Assembly (NCBI GenBank): GCA_965199495.1
Contig: CBDASK010000003.1
Location: forward strand, 224,001 to 288,000
Length of the DNA: 64,000 bases
Direction of reading: 5' to 3'
Source: Abditibacterium sp.
GTDB lineage: Bacteria; Armatimonadota; Abditibacteriia; Abditibacteriales; Abditibacteriaceae
How positions within the stretch are numbered: the stretch's first letter is position 1; the number at the start of each line of letters is the position of its first letter. This document shows, one piece after another, positions 10,521 to 20,766 of this stretch. Both the position numbers and the translations under genes were made by a program. Under the pieces are notes generated by a model, which made no database searches, had not been told where the DNA came from, and was given only the letters and a program-made list of their open reading frames with translations.

Positions 10521-12144
10521 GCGAATCCCTCCCAGATGCGGCGCCGTCGAGCGGCAAGCGCACGCGGAAAATCGCGCCGTATTCGGGCACGCCGTGAGCG
10601 GTCAAAGTGCCGCCGTGACGCTCGGCGATGGCGCGGCAAATCGTGAGTCCAACGCCCGCGCCATCGTCGGGAAGGTCATTGTCTAAGCGGCGAAAAATCT
10701 CGAAAATCGTTTCGGCCTGTTGAACAGTGAAACCGCGCCCATTGTCGGCGACTTCGATGGTGCAAAACTCGCGCTCGGCGCGCCCGCTTATTCGCACGAC
10801 GAGCGGCACATCGGGGCGACGATAGCTGAGCGCGTTGCCGATGAGATTTTGCAAAAGTTGGTGCATCTGCGTGGCGTCAGCGCGCAACTCAGGAAGTGGG
10901 CCGACTTCAAGCGTCGCGCCCGCGCGTTCGATGGCCAGTTCCAGATCGAGCAACACATCGCGCAGCACGCGATTCAGGTCAACGTTTTGGTGCGTAGTTT
11001 CCAAGGTCGCCACGCGCGAATAGGCGAGCAAACCGTTGATGAGGCCAGTCATGCGATGCGCGGCGCGGCGCGTTCTTTCCAGATAATGTTGGCCCTGCGG
11101 CGACAGTTTCGCGCTTTCTTCGTCCTGCAAACGCTCGCAAAAAACTTCGATTTTGCGTAGGGGCTGCTTGAGATCGTGCGAGACGGCGAAGGCGAAAGTT
11201 TCCCAATCGCGGTTGGAATTTTCTAATTTTTTCGCGAAGCGCGCGCGTTCGTTTTCGTCCCTTTTGCGGTCGGTAATATCGAAGTGCGCGCCGATAGTGC
11301 CGACGATTTGGCCACTGGCATCGCGCAGGGGCGAACCGTTAATCAGCATCCAACGCGTCGAACCATCGCGGTGCCGAAGCGCAACTTCGTAGGTGCCGCT
11401 GTGGCCTTGCGCGCGCATCTGGTTGCGGTGGCTGCACGCGGGCCAATCTTCGGTATGGGCCAACAAACGGTAAGCATTTTGGCCCATCAACTCGGCGTTG
11501 GAGTAGCCGGTCATCTCCGAAATGCGCGCGTTGGCGTAAGTAATCGAATCGTCGAGGTCGGTGAGGAGCAGCCCATCGTGCAGATTTTCGACGATGGCGC
11601 GCATTTGGTTCTCGGAAGCGCGCAAATCGTCCTCGATTTTTTTGCGCTCCGAAATATCCAAAACCCACATCAACATCGTTCGCGTGTCGCCCTCCTCGCC
11701 GCCATGAATTCGAGTTTTGCAGTTCCCGGCATCAATCAGGGTCGCGCCGGTAATGATGGGCACGCGCGAACCGTCGGGGCGCAAAAATTCGGTTTCCCAC
11801 GCCGCACACGAACCGCTCGTCCAGAGTAACTCTCCTTTTTCGCGATGAAGTTCCTCTTCTTCGGGCGCCACATAATTTCGCCAGTGCGACAAATTCAACT
11901 GCGCGCTCGAACGCCCGATGATACGCTCAAAAACCGGATTAACTTCCAAGATGTCTCCATTGGCCGCGCCAATGAGGACGCCGATAATCTCCGAATCAAG
12001 CAAACGCCGAAAGCGCAAATCGGACAAACAGAGCCGTTCGTTACGCGCCCTCAACGCGCCATTTTCGGCGCGCAGACGAGCCACTTCGGCGCGCAGTTGC
12101 GCCAATTCGTCGGCGTTAGCGTCGTTAGCATTCATAAAACTCAA
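10510..12144 (-). CDS. Two-PAS sensor histidine kinase
   Basis: FAFAVSHDLKQPLRKI, NLIGNAL, DNGRGF, GAGVGLTIC; two PAS/PAC domains. Confidence 0.92.
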   Translation of the reverse strand: MSFMNANDANADELAQLRAEVARLRAENGALRARNERLCLSDLRFRRLLDSEIIGVLIGAANGDILEVNPVFERIIGRSSAQLNLSHWRNYVAPEEEELHREKGELLWTSGSCAAWETEFLRPDGSRVPIITGATLIDAGNCKTRIHGGEEGDTRTMLMWVLDISERKKIEDDLRASENQMRAIVENLHDGLLLTDLDDSITYANARISEMTGYSNAELMGQNAYRLLAHTEDWPACSHRNQMRAQGHSGTYEVALRHRDGSTRWMLINGSPLRDASGQIVGTIGAHFDITDRKRDENERARFAKKLENSNRDWETFAFAVSHDLKQPLRKIEVFCERLQDEESAKLSPQGQHYLERTRRAAHRMTGLINGLLAYSRVATLETTHQNVDLNRVLRDVLLDLELAIERAGATLEVGPLPELRADATQMHQLLQNLIGNALSYRRPDVPLVVRISGRAEREFCTIEVADNGRGFTVQQAETIFEIFRRLDNDLPDDGAGVGLTICRAIAERHGGTLTAHGVPEYGAIFRVRLPLDGAASGRDSLES

Positions 12145-12417
12145 TTGAATTTCGCCGCTTCAATCCACAACGACGAGCGAAGAATCATCGGGCAGTTTTG
12201 CGTTCTTACCGCTATGTTGCAACTGGCGCAATTGCCAAATTAGATTCGCGCGCTGTTGCGCACGCGCCGTCGCTCAAATCGCTTCCATGTCCCGAAGTTC
12301 CTCCAAAGAACACCGATTGGGATGGATGCCTAAGTAGAGCGACTTGCAAGACGCTCTACTCAATCCTGCCCGAAGCGAAGGCTCGTGTCAAAACGGACTT
12401 ACGCAAAAGGTCTAACT

Positions 12418-12454
12418 AAAAAAGGCGCGACTTAAAAACAAGTCGCGCCTTTTA
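12418..12454. terminator. Intrinsic terminator downstream of fabI
   Basis: aaaaaaggcgcgactt-aaaaac-aagtcgcgcctttt. Confidence 0.8.
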
Positions 12455-12465
12455 CTTTGTCAAAT

Positions 12466-13242
12466 TTACATGCCCATCGTGACGTAACCGCCATCAACAT
12501 AAAGCACTTGTCCGGTCATAAACTCGGAGGCGTCCGAGGCCAAATACAAACCGGTTCCGGCCAGCGCCGAGGCTTCGGCGGGCCAAGCGAGAGGCGCTTT
12601 TTCTTTGACGTGCGCGACCATCGTGCCGAATCCAGCGATACCGCGTCCGGCCAAAGTGTTGGTTGGCCCCGCCGAAATGCAGTTGACGCGAATGTTTTTG
12701 GCGCCCAATTCATGGCCCAGATAACGCGCGCTGGCTTCGAGGCCCGCTTTAGCCACGCCCATCACGTTGTAGTTGGGAATGACTTTTTCGCTGCCCAGAT
12801 AAGTCATCGCGACAATCGAACCGCCGTCGGTCATCAAGGGCGCGGTGTGACGCGCCAGAGCCAACAACGAATACGTTGAAACATCGAGGGCGATGCGAAA
12901 ATCGTCGCGTTTGGTCTGCGAAATCGGCTCGGCCAAAGTCGCTTTGGGCGCGAAAGCGACCGAGTGCAACATCAAGTCAACGCGGTCGGTTTTGGTGCGG
13001 ACGAACTCGAAAAACGAATCGAGTTCTTCGTCGCTCGAAACGTCGCACGGCGCGAGGGCGATGTCGTCGCCAAAGGCCGAAGTCAACTCTTCGACGTTCT
13101 CTTTGAGGCGCTCGCCCTGATAATTGAAAATCAGGGTCGCGCCCGCTTCGTGCCAGGCTTTGGCAATCGCCCAGGCGATGGAGCGCTTGTTGGCGACTCC
13201 GAAAATAAGACCGACTTTTCCGGCCAATGGTTTATCTTGCAT
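12466..13242 (-). CDS. fabI: Enoyl-ACP reductase (NADH)
   Basis: GVANKRSIAWAIA, YNVMGVAKAGLE, IRVNCISAGP, TGQVLYVDGG. Confidence 0.95.
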   Translation of the reverse strand: MQDKPLAGKVGLIFGVANKRSIAWAIAKAWHEAGATLIFNYQGERLKENVEELTSAFGDDIALAPCDVSSDEELDSFFEFVRTKTDRVDLMLHSVAFAPKATLAEPISQTKRDDFRIALDVSTYSLLALARHTAPLMTDGGSIVAMTYLGSEKVIPNYNVMGVAKAGLEASARYLGHELGAKNIRVNCISAGPTNTLAGRGIAGFGTMVAHVKEKAPLAWPAEASALAGTGLYLASDASEFMTGQVLYVDGGYVTMGM

Positions 13243-13314
13243 GATGAATGGAAGGAGACAAATGAAAGGTTGGCGCCGCGAAATGGCGCCAACCTTTGTT
13301 TTGCGAAGGTGAGT

Positions 13315-14706
13315 TTAGTAGGCGCGGCGCAAGGTGTTGCGGCGCTGTGCATTGAAGAAATCGGGGTCGCCGAAGATATAGATGCGCACGACGCGGTTGT
13401 TGCGAATGGTGAAAACCACGTTATACGATTGCTCGTAACGCAAATCGTAGGTGCGAAACGCCGCGTTATCGGCGGGCGCCGCCGCACCGCCGCCGCCCGC
13501 GTCGCCACCTGCCGCCGCACCTGCTGGGCCACCGGGCGCGCCGCCGGGGCCGCCAAGCGCGCCACCGCCAGCCGCGCCGCCGCCGGGCGCGCCAGTGACG
13601 CTATTAGCCACGGCGGCTGGGTCGGAAGCCAAAGGCACGATGTCATCGGGATAGCCGTAGCGAAAGACGACTTTGCGGAAGTCGTCGCCGAGCTTTACGG
13701 TATGAACCGGGTCTTCGAGCTGTGTCGAAGAAATGTCCGACTGCGTGCCCGCCACAATAACGGCGTCCACAAAGCCCAGACGATCCACGACGAAACCCAT
13801 CTGATAATTATCGCGCTTGTAAAGCCACTCGACGTGATTCTGATCGAGTTGAACCGTGACAGCCAACGCCCATGCGGGCAAACCGCCCTCTGGACTTGTC
13901 GGAGGGAACAGCGAAGTCACTTCGGGCGGCGTCTGCAATAGGGTCAAATTGGTATTGGTCGGAGCCGCCGTCGCGCCGCCGCCCTCTGCGCCACCGGGGC
14001 CGCCCGCACCGCCCGGCCCGCCGGGGCCACCCGCACCACCGGGAGCGCCGCCCTCAGCGCCACCACCTGCCGCCGCACTTTCGACAGCGCGCACGACAGC
14101 AGTTGGGTTGCCATGCAGGGCGAACAAGCCGTAACGATCAATGCGATTGAAGCGATCTTTATCCACGGCGCGCGTGCCCAGACCGATGCCAGCCAACTGA
14201 AATTCGAGCGGATAGCGCACCCACTTGGGCAAAGTCGGCGTGGCTGGTGCAAAGTTGCGAACCGACGCCGGAGCGACCGGACGGGGGAAGTTCTGCGCGT
14301 AACGCTCATAGGCTTTGGGGTCAACTTTCTTCCAGCCGCCTTTGCCATCGGGAACTTTACCGCCAAAGTCGGGCGTCGGGCCGGACAATAAATCGCGCAT
14401 CGGCACATTGATGGGGCGCTCGTTAATCATCGGCTGCAAAGCCGCGCCGGGCACTTGTCCTGCCTTGGCGCGTTGGCGTTGAATCGCCTTGATCTGAGCC
14501 AATGGTAAATAATTGGAATCGGCGGGCGGCATCGCCTTGGCGTTGGCCTGAGTTTTGACGACAGTTTTAGCGGCGGATTTTGCGGTGGGCGCGGCACCAG
14601 AATGGGCGGCGCTCAGGGCGACCGTAGCGACGCAAGCCGCGAGCGGCAGGGAAGTCGCCAGCAGCGGGCGAAAAGCGAGAAATTTAGTCATATTGTCCAA
14701 AGGCAA
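13315..14706 (-). CDS. Secreted hypothetical protein with Gly/Ala/Pro-rich linkers
   Basis: Signal-like N-terminus; two GGPGG/GGAPGG low-complexity tracts between folded segments; start may be 14691. Confidence 0.75.
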   Translation of the reverse strand: MPLDNMTKFLAFRPLLATSLPLAACVATVALSAAHSGAAPTAKSAAKTVVKTQANAKAMPPADSNYLPLAQIKAIQRQRAKAGQVPGAALQPMINERPINVPMRDLLSGPTPDFGGKVPDGKGGWKKVDPKAYERYAQNFPRPVAPASVRNFAPATPTLPKWVRYPLEFQLAGIGLGTRAVDKDRFNRIDRYGLFALHGNPTAVVRAVESAAAGGGAEGGAPGGAGGPGGPGGAGGPGGAEGGGATAAPTNTNLTLLQTPPEVTSLFPPTSPEGGLPAWALAVTVQLDQNHVEWLYKRDNYQMGFVVDRLGFVDAVIVAGTQSDISSTQLEDPVHTVKLGDDFRKVVFRYGYPDDIVPLASDPAAVANSVTGAPGGGAAGGGALGGPGGAPGGPAGAAAGGDAGGGGAAAPADNAAFRTYDLRYEQSYNVVFTIRNNRVVRIYIFGDPDFFNAQRRNTLRRAY

Positions 14707-14823
14707 TTACACGGGCCAATCAACTTACCACAAACAGGCGGGAACGGGCACAGTTTACGCCGCGCGGAGAGTTGCGCCTAATTTTACAATAATTAGCGGT
14801 GGGAAGTCAGGAGTAATTTTAAT

Positions 14824-17343
14824 TCACCCCGCTTTTTCTACTTCGTAGCGCGCCGCCAAATTGCAATAAAACTGGCGTTTAGCGCCGTCCACATACAATT
14901 CCCACGCGCCGCCATCCATCCAAATGCGCAGTTGCGGCTTGCCATTCAAACCGATCTCAATCGGCTCTGCCGTCGAAACGCCCGGCGTATCAATCGGCCC
15001 ATCGCCAATCGCTTCAACTTTCCACTGACCGTTCGGATTATCTTTAAAACGCGGGTCGCGCATAACTTTCTGATCGACGTTCTGCGCATCACTCGTCATT
15101 TTTATCAGATAACGCTGGCTCTGCGCGAGCGGCAAACCGTCCAGCGAAATCGCCACTAAAGCGCCTTCGCGCGCGTTTTTCACCGTGAGGCCGCCCGCAA
15201 AACCCGTCGAATTTTTCAGGTTGCCCGCCAAAATTTGCACCTGCGGCGTCTCGACCGACAGGCGCCCGCGCTTGACATCGCGCATGACCTGTCCGGTATC
15301 GGAACGCAAAACCGTCTCGGCGCTCGCCACGTTGCGCGGCGCCACAGCATCCGATTTTTGCAGCGCCTCCAACTCGGCGCCCCACACTTCGTCCTCGCTC
15401 AACTGCGCGTAAACCATGCGTTTTTTGCCCGCATCCCAAAAGCCGCGCGCAGTTTTACCAGCCACGCCGACCGGCTCCAAATTTTTGGCTTTGAGTTGCG
15501 CCAAATCGAACGTTTTGCCATCAGTCGCGCTCAAACCGTAATCGGCCCAGTAACTCGCGCGCCCTAAATTTCCGGCGGCGTCCAATCGCCGGTCGCGCGT
15601 GTAAAGCAACACGGGCGCACCAGTGTATTGCGCCCCTAAACTGCGCCCCGGCGGCACGATCAAATCCACGCCTTTGGGCGCGCGATAGGTTTGGCCCTCG
15701 AAAAAATCGTTCTCGACGCGCGTTGTCCAGCCCAAGGCATAAAGCGGCTGGTGAAACTTTTCGTAAGAATACAAATCGGCTTCGCTATACGGCACGACAA
15801 CCGTATGTTTGGCCGGTTCGATCATGTTGCCCAAAAACATGCGCGCGCCGACCGCCGCCATCTGCCAGCGCGATGGGTCAGAGCGCACGTTGAAATAGCC
15901 GACGCGCGCTTTCGGATCGGTCTCGTAGGTAAACAGAATCATCGCGTCCAAATCGTGGAGGCCAGCGAACGTGGCGGCTTCGAGCATCCCGGCACCGCGA
16001 TTGGGATTGGGCCAACAATAATTCCACTCGCGCACAACGAGCGGTTTACCGCGCATGCGCGCCAGCCCAATCGCCGCCGTCAGCGAATGGTCACCGACAT
16101 CCTGAATTGGGTTACGCCCGTGAAAATACGACGGCAGTTGCCATTGCGGCAAACCGGTGCCCCAATACGGATGATCATAATAAAAATTGCAGCCGATGAA
16201 ATCTAATTCTTTGGTTTGCGAACTTAGATCAGCCACGTCGTCGTAACGCCCGGTCGCGCAGAGCGGGACTTTAATGCCGATTTCGCGCAGATACGATTTC
16301 ATCTCGCGAAAATATTTGCGGTGAACCTCGACCGCGAAACGCGCGCCGTCGCCGCGCCGCGCTGGCATCGCGTAAGGTTTGTCGGCGTCCGAAATCCGCG
16401 AAGTTTCCCACGTCACAAACGGCACTTGGACGTTGCCCTTTTCCAACGATTCGCCGTTAAACAAGGCCGATTTGCCATTTGGCCCCGTCCACGCGCGGCG
16501 CAATTTTTCGGTCGTGCCGTAACGATCTTTCAGCCAATCGTTCCACATCCGGGCGAAGTGCGTCGCATACGGTTCGGGCATCGAGCGCCACAGGCCGCGG
16601 CGCATGAACAGGCCGTTTTCGTCGTAGAGTTCGAGCATCACGACGGCGGGATCGTTCGCGTAAGATTTGCCGGTATACGGGTTGATATGCTCGACCATCA
16701 AGCGGCGCGCGTATTCCTTTTGCAGCTCGATAAGTTTCGGATCGAAGACCGCGTAAGGCTTGGCGCTGCGCCCGATGGCTTCGGCGTTGGGCACGCCGTC
16801 GCCGTCTTTGAAATGGCGATAATCCAACAAATCGAGATAAACGTAAAGCCCATTTTTGGCGGCGGTCGCGATCCAAAAATCGAGTTTGCGCCATTTGGCC
16901 TCGTCGAACCCGCGCGACGTGGCTGCGTTGAGGTCAATGATGCCATCGCGCTCGTCGAAGTGGTGCAGTCGCACCAAATTAAAGCCCGCCGAGCGAAAAC
17001 TGCGAATCATCGTTTCGATGTCCGCATCGGATTCTTGCAGCGACGAATTGGCGACGTTGATGCCCCAAAACTTGGCGCGCGAGCCGTCGCCGCTCCACAC
17101 GAAATGCTCGCCGCGCGTTTGCAAAAAGCCTTTACGTCCGGCGGGCGCGGGCACGATGTCAGAGAAATCGGCCTGCGAGGCGCGCGGAAAACGCGTGACG
17201 TTGGGGTCGAGCGAAGTCTGGGCGCGCGCCGACAGAGACGCCCCGATGAGAACGATGAAACACCAGAGAAAAACCATGAAAAACAGGCCGAAACCGAGCG
17301 CGCGCAGGCGCGCGGATTTAGTCTTCGGCAACGACAGCTTCAT
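14824..17343 (-). CDS. Glycoside hydrolase, clan GH-A (GH5-like), membrane-anchored or secreted
   Basis: FWGIN..GFNLVRLHHFD..GLYVYLDL..HINPYTG..DPAVVMLELYDEN..KPLVVREWN. Confidence 0.75.
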   Translation of the reverse strand: MKLSLPKTKSARLRALGFGLFFMVFLWCFIVLIGASLSARAQTSLDPNVTRFPRASQADFSDIVPAPAGRKGFLQTRGEHFVWSGDGSRAKFWGINVANSSLQESDADIETMIRSFRSAGFNLVRLHHFDERDGIIDLNAATSRGFDEAKWRKLDFWIATAAKNGLYVYLDLLDYRHFKDGDGVPNAEAIGRSAKPYAVFDPKLIELQKEYARRLMVEHINPYTGKSYANDPAVVMLELYDENGLFMRRGLWRSMPEPYATHFARMWNDWLKDRYGTTEKLRRAWTGPNGKSALFNGESLEKGNVQVPFVTWETSRISDADKPYAMPARRGDGARFAVEVHRKYFREMKSYLREIGIKVPLCATGRYDDVADLSSQTKELDFIGCNFYYDHPYWGTGLPQWQLPSYFHGRNPIQDVGDHSLTAAIGLARMRGKPLVVREWNYCWPNPNRGAGMLEAATFAGLHDLDAMILFTYETDPKARVGYFNVRSDPSRWQMAAVGARMFLGNMIEPAKHTVVVPYSEADLYSYEKFHQPLYALGWTTRVENDFFEGQTYRAPKGVDLIVPPGRSLGAQYTGAPVLLYTRDRRLDAAGNLGRASYWADYGLSATDGKTFDLAQLKAKNLEPVGVAGKTARGFWDAGKKRMVYAQLSEDEVWGAELEALQKSDAVAPRNVASAETVLRSDTGQVMRDVKRGRLSVETPQVQILAGNLKNSTGFAGGLTVKNAREGALVAISLDGLPLAQSQRYLIKMTSDAQNVDQKVMRDPRFKDNPNGQWKVEAIGDGPIDTPGVSTAEPIEIGLNGKPQLRIWMDGGAWELYVDGAKRQFYCNLAARYEVEKAG

Positions 17344-17758
17344 CAATAACCGACTCCGAGGCGGCGAAAAACTGGATGCCGCGCGCGGCAATCGCCGAAG
17401 CGAAATAGCCCAGAATTAACAAATACAAAACGCGCAAAAACTCGACGCCAAACACGGAGACGACCGCCTGAACGACTTTGGCGGTTTCGGTGGAATTACC
17501 GGCTTGCTTGTTGAACTCGTCGTTGAGAACGCCCGGCTGCGCCAGGCGCGCCAATCCGCCCAGCGCTTGCCAAAAGACGTAAAGCAGCAAAGCAGCGCCG
17601 AACACGAAAAAGGCGAGACCAAGCCAGCGCGAAATGCGCCGCCAGCGCCCTCCGGCGCGACGGGCTTCGCGCGCTTCTTCGCGGCGCTGGGTCTCGCGCG
17701 GGGAATCGGCGACGAGCGTTTCGGTTTCTGTTGGCGTGGGCGGTGACGATTGGGACAT
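17318..17758 (-). CDS. Two-TM membrane protein
   Basis: Two hydrophobic segments; overlaps the start of the GH gene. Confidence 0.7.
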   Translation of the reverse strand: MSQSSPPTPTETETLVADSPRETQRREEAREARRAGGRWRRISRWLGLAFFVFGAALLLYVFWQALGGLARLAQPGVLNDEFNKQAGNSTETAKVVQAVVSVFGVEFLRVLYLLILGYFASAIAARGIQFFAASESVIDEAVVAED

Positions 17759-17815
17759 TGTTTTAGACGGCGTTTCAGTGTAGACAATCGGCGCGTTGGG
17801 GTTGAGGCGGGGTTT

Positions 17816-18409
17816 TTAAGAAAGCCAGCTCACTTCGCGCCTCAAAACCTCGTTCCACACGTCATAGCCCGCGCGCGACAGATGCAACTCATCTTTCATA
17901 AACAGCTCGCGCCGTGGCTGCTCGTCGGCATCGAGCATCGCCGCAGCCACGTCCACCCAAATCGCGTTTTGCCGCGCCCAAATTTCGCGCTGACACCAAA
18001 CATTGGTTTGATCAATTTGCGCGCGCAGTTCGGCGCGCGCGGACGAAATTTTCAGCGACAAAAACGCTGTCTGCACCGCGTCTAATCTCTCATCGCGTCC
18101 GTTCATCAACGTGCCCAGCGATTGCCAGACATCTTCGGGCAAAGCGCCGCGTGCCAGATCGTTATCGCCCGCGTAAATCACCAAACCGCTCGGCTGGCGC
18201 GGCACGATAAAATGCTCGAACGCTTCGACGCACTCGCTCAAAGTGGAGCCGCCAAAACCCCAATTTTCGATGGTCACAGCGGGAAACGCGCGCTTCAAAC
18301 CGGGCCATAAACGAATCGAACTTGACCCGAAAAAAATAATGTTGCCGGTTGGAACGTCGCGATATTTCGCTTCAGTTGCTTTCAATTGCGTCAAATGTTC
18401 GGGAAGCAT
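17816..18409 (-). CDS. GDSL/SGNH hydrolase
   Basis: FFGSSSIRLW, NWGFGGS, YAGDND, DELHLSRAGY. Confidence 0.9.
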   Translation of the reverse strand: MLPEHLTQLKATEAKYRDVPTGNIIFFGSSSIRLWPGLKRAFPAVTIENWGFGGSTLSECVEAFEHFIVPRQPSGLVIYAGDNDLARGALPEDVWQSLGTLMNGRDERLDAVQTAFLSLKISSARAELRAQIDQTNVWCQREIWARQNAIWVDVAAAMLDADEQPRRELFMKDELHLSRAGYDVWNEVLRREVSWLS

Positions 18410-18425
18410 AATGTTCGGCTATTGT

Positions 18426-18557
18426 AAATCGTAGAGGCACCGACCGGGTGCCCTTTGGGCGGATGTCTAAAAAGGCTGAACTTGCTTTGGAATTAGCGGG
18501 TTCACTGACGTTTTAGACATCCGCCCAAAGGGCACCCGGTCGGTGTCTCTACGATTT
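18426..18557. repeat. GTAG-class REP pair (REPIN-like)
   Basis: aaatcgtagaggcaccgaccgggtgccctttgggcggatgtctaaaa ... ttttagacatccgcccaaagggcacccggtcggtgtctctacgattt. Confidence 0.85.
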
Positions 18558-18564
18558 GCTCAAC

Positions 18565-19863
18565 TTAAAACGCGTAAGACAACAAACGTTCGTCGCGTAG
18601 GATATAATCGGGGCGTTTGGGCGAAACCGAAACGAGGGAAATCGGCACGCCCGAAACTTCCTCCAAACGTTCCAGATAAATGCGCGCATTGGTCGGCAAA
18701 TCTTCCATACGGCGCACGTTTTCCGTCGAGACGTTCCAGCCCTGAAACGTTTCGTAAATTGGCTCGCAACGCGCCAATTTGCCCAGACTGGCCGGGAAAT
18801 ATTCCAACTCCTGCCCGTCGCACATATAGCCGGTGCAGAGTTTGATTTCGTCGAATTGGTCGAAAACGTCCAACTTGGTAATCATCAAACTGTTGAAACC
18901 ATTCACGCGCGTGGCGTGACGAATCAGCATCGCGTCGAACCAGCCGCACATCCGTTTGCGGCCCGTCGTGGCGCCAAATTCGTGGCCGATGCGTCCGCAC
19001 ATTTCCTCGGTTTCTTTGTCCATCAGCGTCGGAAACGGCCCTTCGCCCACGCGCGTGGTGTAGGCTTTGGCAATGCCGGTGACGTGATCGATAAACGTCG
19101 GGCCGACGCCGCAACCGGTGCAGGCGCCACCCGCCGTGGCGTTGCTGCTGGTCACATACGGATACGTGCCGAAATCAATGTCCAAACCGGTGCCCTGCGC
19201 GCCCTCGAACATGATATTTTTGCCCTCTTTGCGCGCCTGATTCAAAAACACCGAGCCGTCCACGACATACGGTTTTAATCTCTCGGCATACGACAGATAA
19301 TCTTGCAACACGGCTTCGGGATGCGGGCGCTGCTGCGGCGTGAGATGACGCAGACCGTGCGTTTTTTCTTCCCAGTTGGCAGCGATTTTCTCGGCCAAAA
19401 GTTCCGGCTCGAACAAATCGCACACGCGCACGCCGATGCGCATCATTTTATCAACGTAGGTCGGGCCGATGCCGCGCTGCGTCGTGCCGATTTTGCGCGC
19501 GCGGTTTTGATTTTCGCGCGCCGCATCCAATAAACGGTGATACGGCAGCGTCAGGTGCGCGCGGTCGGAGACCAACAACTTACCATCCAATTGCAAACCT
19601 TTGCCTTCCATCTCGTCAATTTCGTCGAACAAAGTCGGCAAATCAATCACAACGCCGTTGCCGATAAGGCAAGTTTTGCCCTGCACGATGCCCGACGGAA
19701 TCAGGTGCAAAATATATTCGATGCCACCGGCGATGATGGTGTGACCGGCGTTGGCGCCGCCCTGAAAGCGGGCCACGACATCGGCCTGTTCGGAAAGTAA
19801 ATCAACGACGCGGCCTTTGCCCTCGTCGCCCCACTGCGCGCCTACCACAACTAATGAACCCAT
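18565..19863 (-). CDS. purA: Adenylosuccinate synthetase
   Basis: GAQWGDEGKG, RFQGGANAGHT, GTYPYVTSS, KAYTTRVGEGPFPT, ITKLDV. Confidence 0.98.
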   Translation of the reverse strand: MGSLVVVGAQWGDEGKGRVVDLLSEQADVVARFQGGANAGHTIIAGGIEYILHLIPSGIVQGKTCLIGNGVVIDLPTLFDEIDEMEGKGLQLDGKLLVSDRAHLTLPYHRLLDAARENQNRARKIGTTQRGIGPTYVDKMMRIGVRVCDLFEPELLAEKIAANWEEKTHGLRHLTPQQRPHPEAVLQDYLSYAERLKPYVVDGSVFLNQARKEGKNIMFEGAQGTGLDIDFGTYPYVTSSNATAGGACTGCGVGPTFIDHVTGIAKAYTTRVGEGPFPTLMDKETEEMCGRIGHEFGATTGRKRMCGWFDAMLIRHATRVNGFNSLMITKLDVFDQFDEIKLCTGYMCDGQELEYFPASLGKLARCEPIYETFQGWNVSTENVRRMEDLPTNARIYLERLEEVSGVPISLVSVSPKRPDYILRDERLLSYAF

Positions 19864-19976
19864 ATTATTTGAAAACCTTGTCCCGCCAACTTCGTTAATT
19901 TCGAGCAACGGGCAAACCCCTTGATTTTAAGTCAAAAGATGGGGTAAAGTCAAATCGGAACGTCTTTTCAAAGCCT

Positions 19977-20555
19977 TTGTCCCCTACTCTTTTAAATCGA
20001 AACCGCCCGCGCGAAATCCTCGCATTGCTTCCACTGGGCGCCCTCTGCGGCGCAATTTTCGGCGTTACTACCAATGCCATCAACGGTTGGATTAGCCCAG
20101 AATATTTCCAGACGATAAGGAAAGGCCCTCTGCCGCAGGGTTCTGTAATTTGGGTGCCGTCCATCGGTCAAGGATTTTCTAAGGGTGCTCTGCTGGGCGC
20201 GGTCTGCGGCCTGATTCTGATGATCTACATTGGACTTGTCTCACATCTCCGTTCACCTTTGAAGTTCAGTGCAAAAACATTATTTGAAACGCTGGCTCTC
20301 ACCCTATCATTGTGGGTCATCGGCGGCATCAACGCGATATTACTGGCGCTCTTTGTCCCGCAGTTCTACGATTTTTTCATAGGCTTACCCACATCAATCC
20401 CGGACACCATTAATTTTGCATGGGTTCAAGGTTCGATGGTGGGCGCGCAATGGGGAGGCTTACTCGCAGTTTGCATCGCGTGCGCTCGTTTTGGCGCGCG
20501 CTGGAAACGATTGACGAAAGCCGCCGAAAGCGAGAATTCCGATCATTCCAAATAA
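19977..20555 (+). CDS. Multi-TM membrane protein
   Basis: About four hydrophobic helices; ISPEYF motif; lower GC. Confidence 0.7.
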   Translation: MSPTLLNRNRPREILALLPLGALCGAIFGVTTNAINGWISPEYFQTIRKGPLPQGSVIWVPSIGQGFSKGALLGAVCGLILMIYIGLVSHLRSPLKFSAKTLFETLALTLSLWVIGGINAILLALFVPQFYDFFIGLPTSIPDTINFAWVQGSMVGAQWGGLLAVCIACARFGARWKRLTKAAESENSDHSK

Positions 20556-20570
20556 TTTGCGCAATTGCCC

Positions 20571-20599
20571 TTGACGCCGCTCTCCAATTTTGCTAATAT
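20571..20599 (+). promoter_or_regulatory. Sigma70-type promoter of tRNA-Lys
   Basis: TTGACG, 17-bp spacer, TGc-TAATAT. Confidence 0.7.
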
Positions 20600-20635
20600 T
20601 TATCGGGCAATTCGCCAGCGACTTGCATTTTTCGA

Positions 20636-20708
20636 GGATCGGTAGCTCAGTTGGTAGAGCAGGGGACTTTTAATCCCAAGGTCACAGGTTCGATCCCTGT
20701 CCGGTCTA
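20636..20708 (+). tRNA. tRNA-Lys (anticodon TTT), CCA not encoded
   Basis: GGATCGG-TAGCTCAGTTGGTAGAGC-AGGGGA-CTTTTAA-TCCCA-AGGTC-ACAGGTTCGATCCCTGT-CCGGTCT-A cloverleaf. Confidence 0.95.
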
Positions 20709-20714
20709 AATAAC

Positions 20715-20752
20715 AAAAAACCGCGCGCTTTTCCCAAAGCGCGCGGTTTTTT
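20715..20752. terminator. Bidirectional intrinsic terminator
   Basis: aaaaaaccgcgcgcttt..aaagcgcgcggtttttt between the tRNA and a convergent gene. Confidence 0.85.
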
Positions 20753-20766
20753 GCTGTGCCCTACTC

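Noticed and set aside
20636..20760. tRNA-Lys as an integration site
   Set aside because: No integrase and no duplicated tRNA 3' end seen; absence of encoded CCA is common.
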